A DNA stretch of 64,000 bases, from NCBI GenBank assembly GCA_951406725.2, contig OX597814.1:193192001-193256000 (forward strand), given 5' to 3'. This document shows, piece after piece, positions 63,525 through 64,000 of the stretch. The stretch's first letter is position 1. The number at the start of each line of letters is the position of its first letter. A program made the position numbers and the translations under genes. The DNA comes from Octopus vulgaris (lineage: Eukaryota). The notes beneath the pieces are model-generated. The model did not search any database and had not been told where the DNA came from. It saw only the letters and a list, made by a program, of their open reading frames with translations.

Positions 63525-64000
63525 TTCTTCTTCCTCTCCCTCTTCATCTTTTCTTTCTCCCCTCTGTATTCTTCTTCTTTTTTCCTCTTTCTCCTCCTCC
63601 ACCTCCTTCGCCTCTTCTTCCATTTCTCCCCTTCTCTTTCTCCATTCATCTACTTTGCCTCCTCTTCATCTTCCTTCATTTTCTCTTCCATTTCTTCTTT
63701 CATTTCTTCTCTTTCTTCATACATCGCATCCAATTTCCTCCTCCTCTCTTCTTCTTCTTTTCTTCTTTTTTTTGTTTTTCTTCTTCTTCTTTTTTGTTGT
63801 TGTTCTTCATCTTCTTTTTCTTCTTTTTTGTTGTTGTTCTTCTTTTTCTTCTCCTTCTTCTCCTTCCTCCTATTCTCCTTCTTTTTCTTTCTTCTTCTTC
63901 TTCTTCTCCTTCCTCCTATTCTCCTTCTTTTTCTTCTTCTTTTCTTCTTTTTTTTTGTTTTTCTTCTTTTTTGTTGTTATTCTTCATCTTCTTTTTCTTC
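63525..64000. repeat. Polypyrimidine (CTT/CCT/TTC) low-complexity tract
   Basis: Almost purine-free for ~475 bp. Confidence 0.9.

Overview
AT-rich, repeat-saturated eukaryotic DNA, intronic or intergenic. The SINE repertoire and extreme microsatellite density resemble an octopus (coleoid cephalopod) genome; this assignment is inference from recognising the repeats. I can support no host protein-coding exon: nearly all ORF-track entries are microsatellite or SINE read-throughs. The window holds about 60 copies or fragments of 5-6 modular tRNA-derived SINE families. It also holds decayed LINE pieces (RTE, R4/Dong-like RLE, L1/Tx1, CR1-like), a deleted mariner with intact TIRs, three non-autonomous Helitrons, hAT/pogo MITEs, a collapsed LTR element with a tRNA-Ser PBS, and three minisatellites. 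The most striking hidden layer is a set of minimal type-I hammerhead-ribozyme (HHR) motifs in short Penelope-like (PLE) remnants, mostly lodged in (TA)n/(CA)n tracts. One complete HHR occurs twice, in the two arms of a 331-bp spacer-less palindrome (11523-11853). Several others carry a recurrent non-canonical core (CUGUNGA or CCGANGA plus an extra purine). Other notable items are a minisatellite born from the RT YADD region of an RTE, a SINE sharing its 3' tail with a Tx1-like LINE, and a chimeric SINE joining flanks found 3 kb and 51 kb away.
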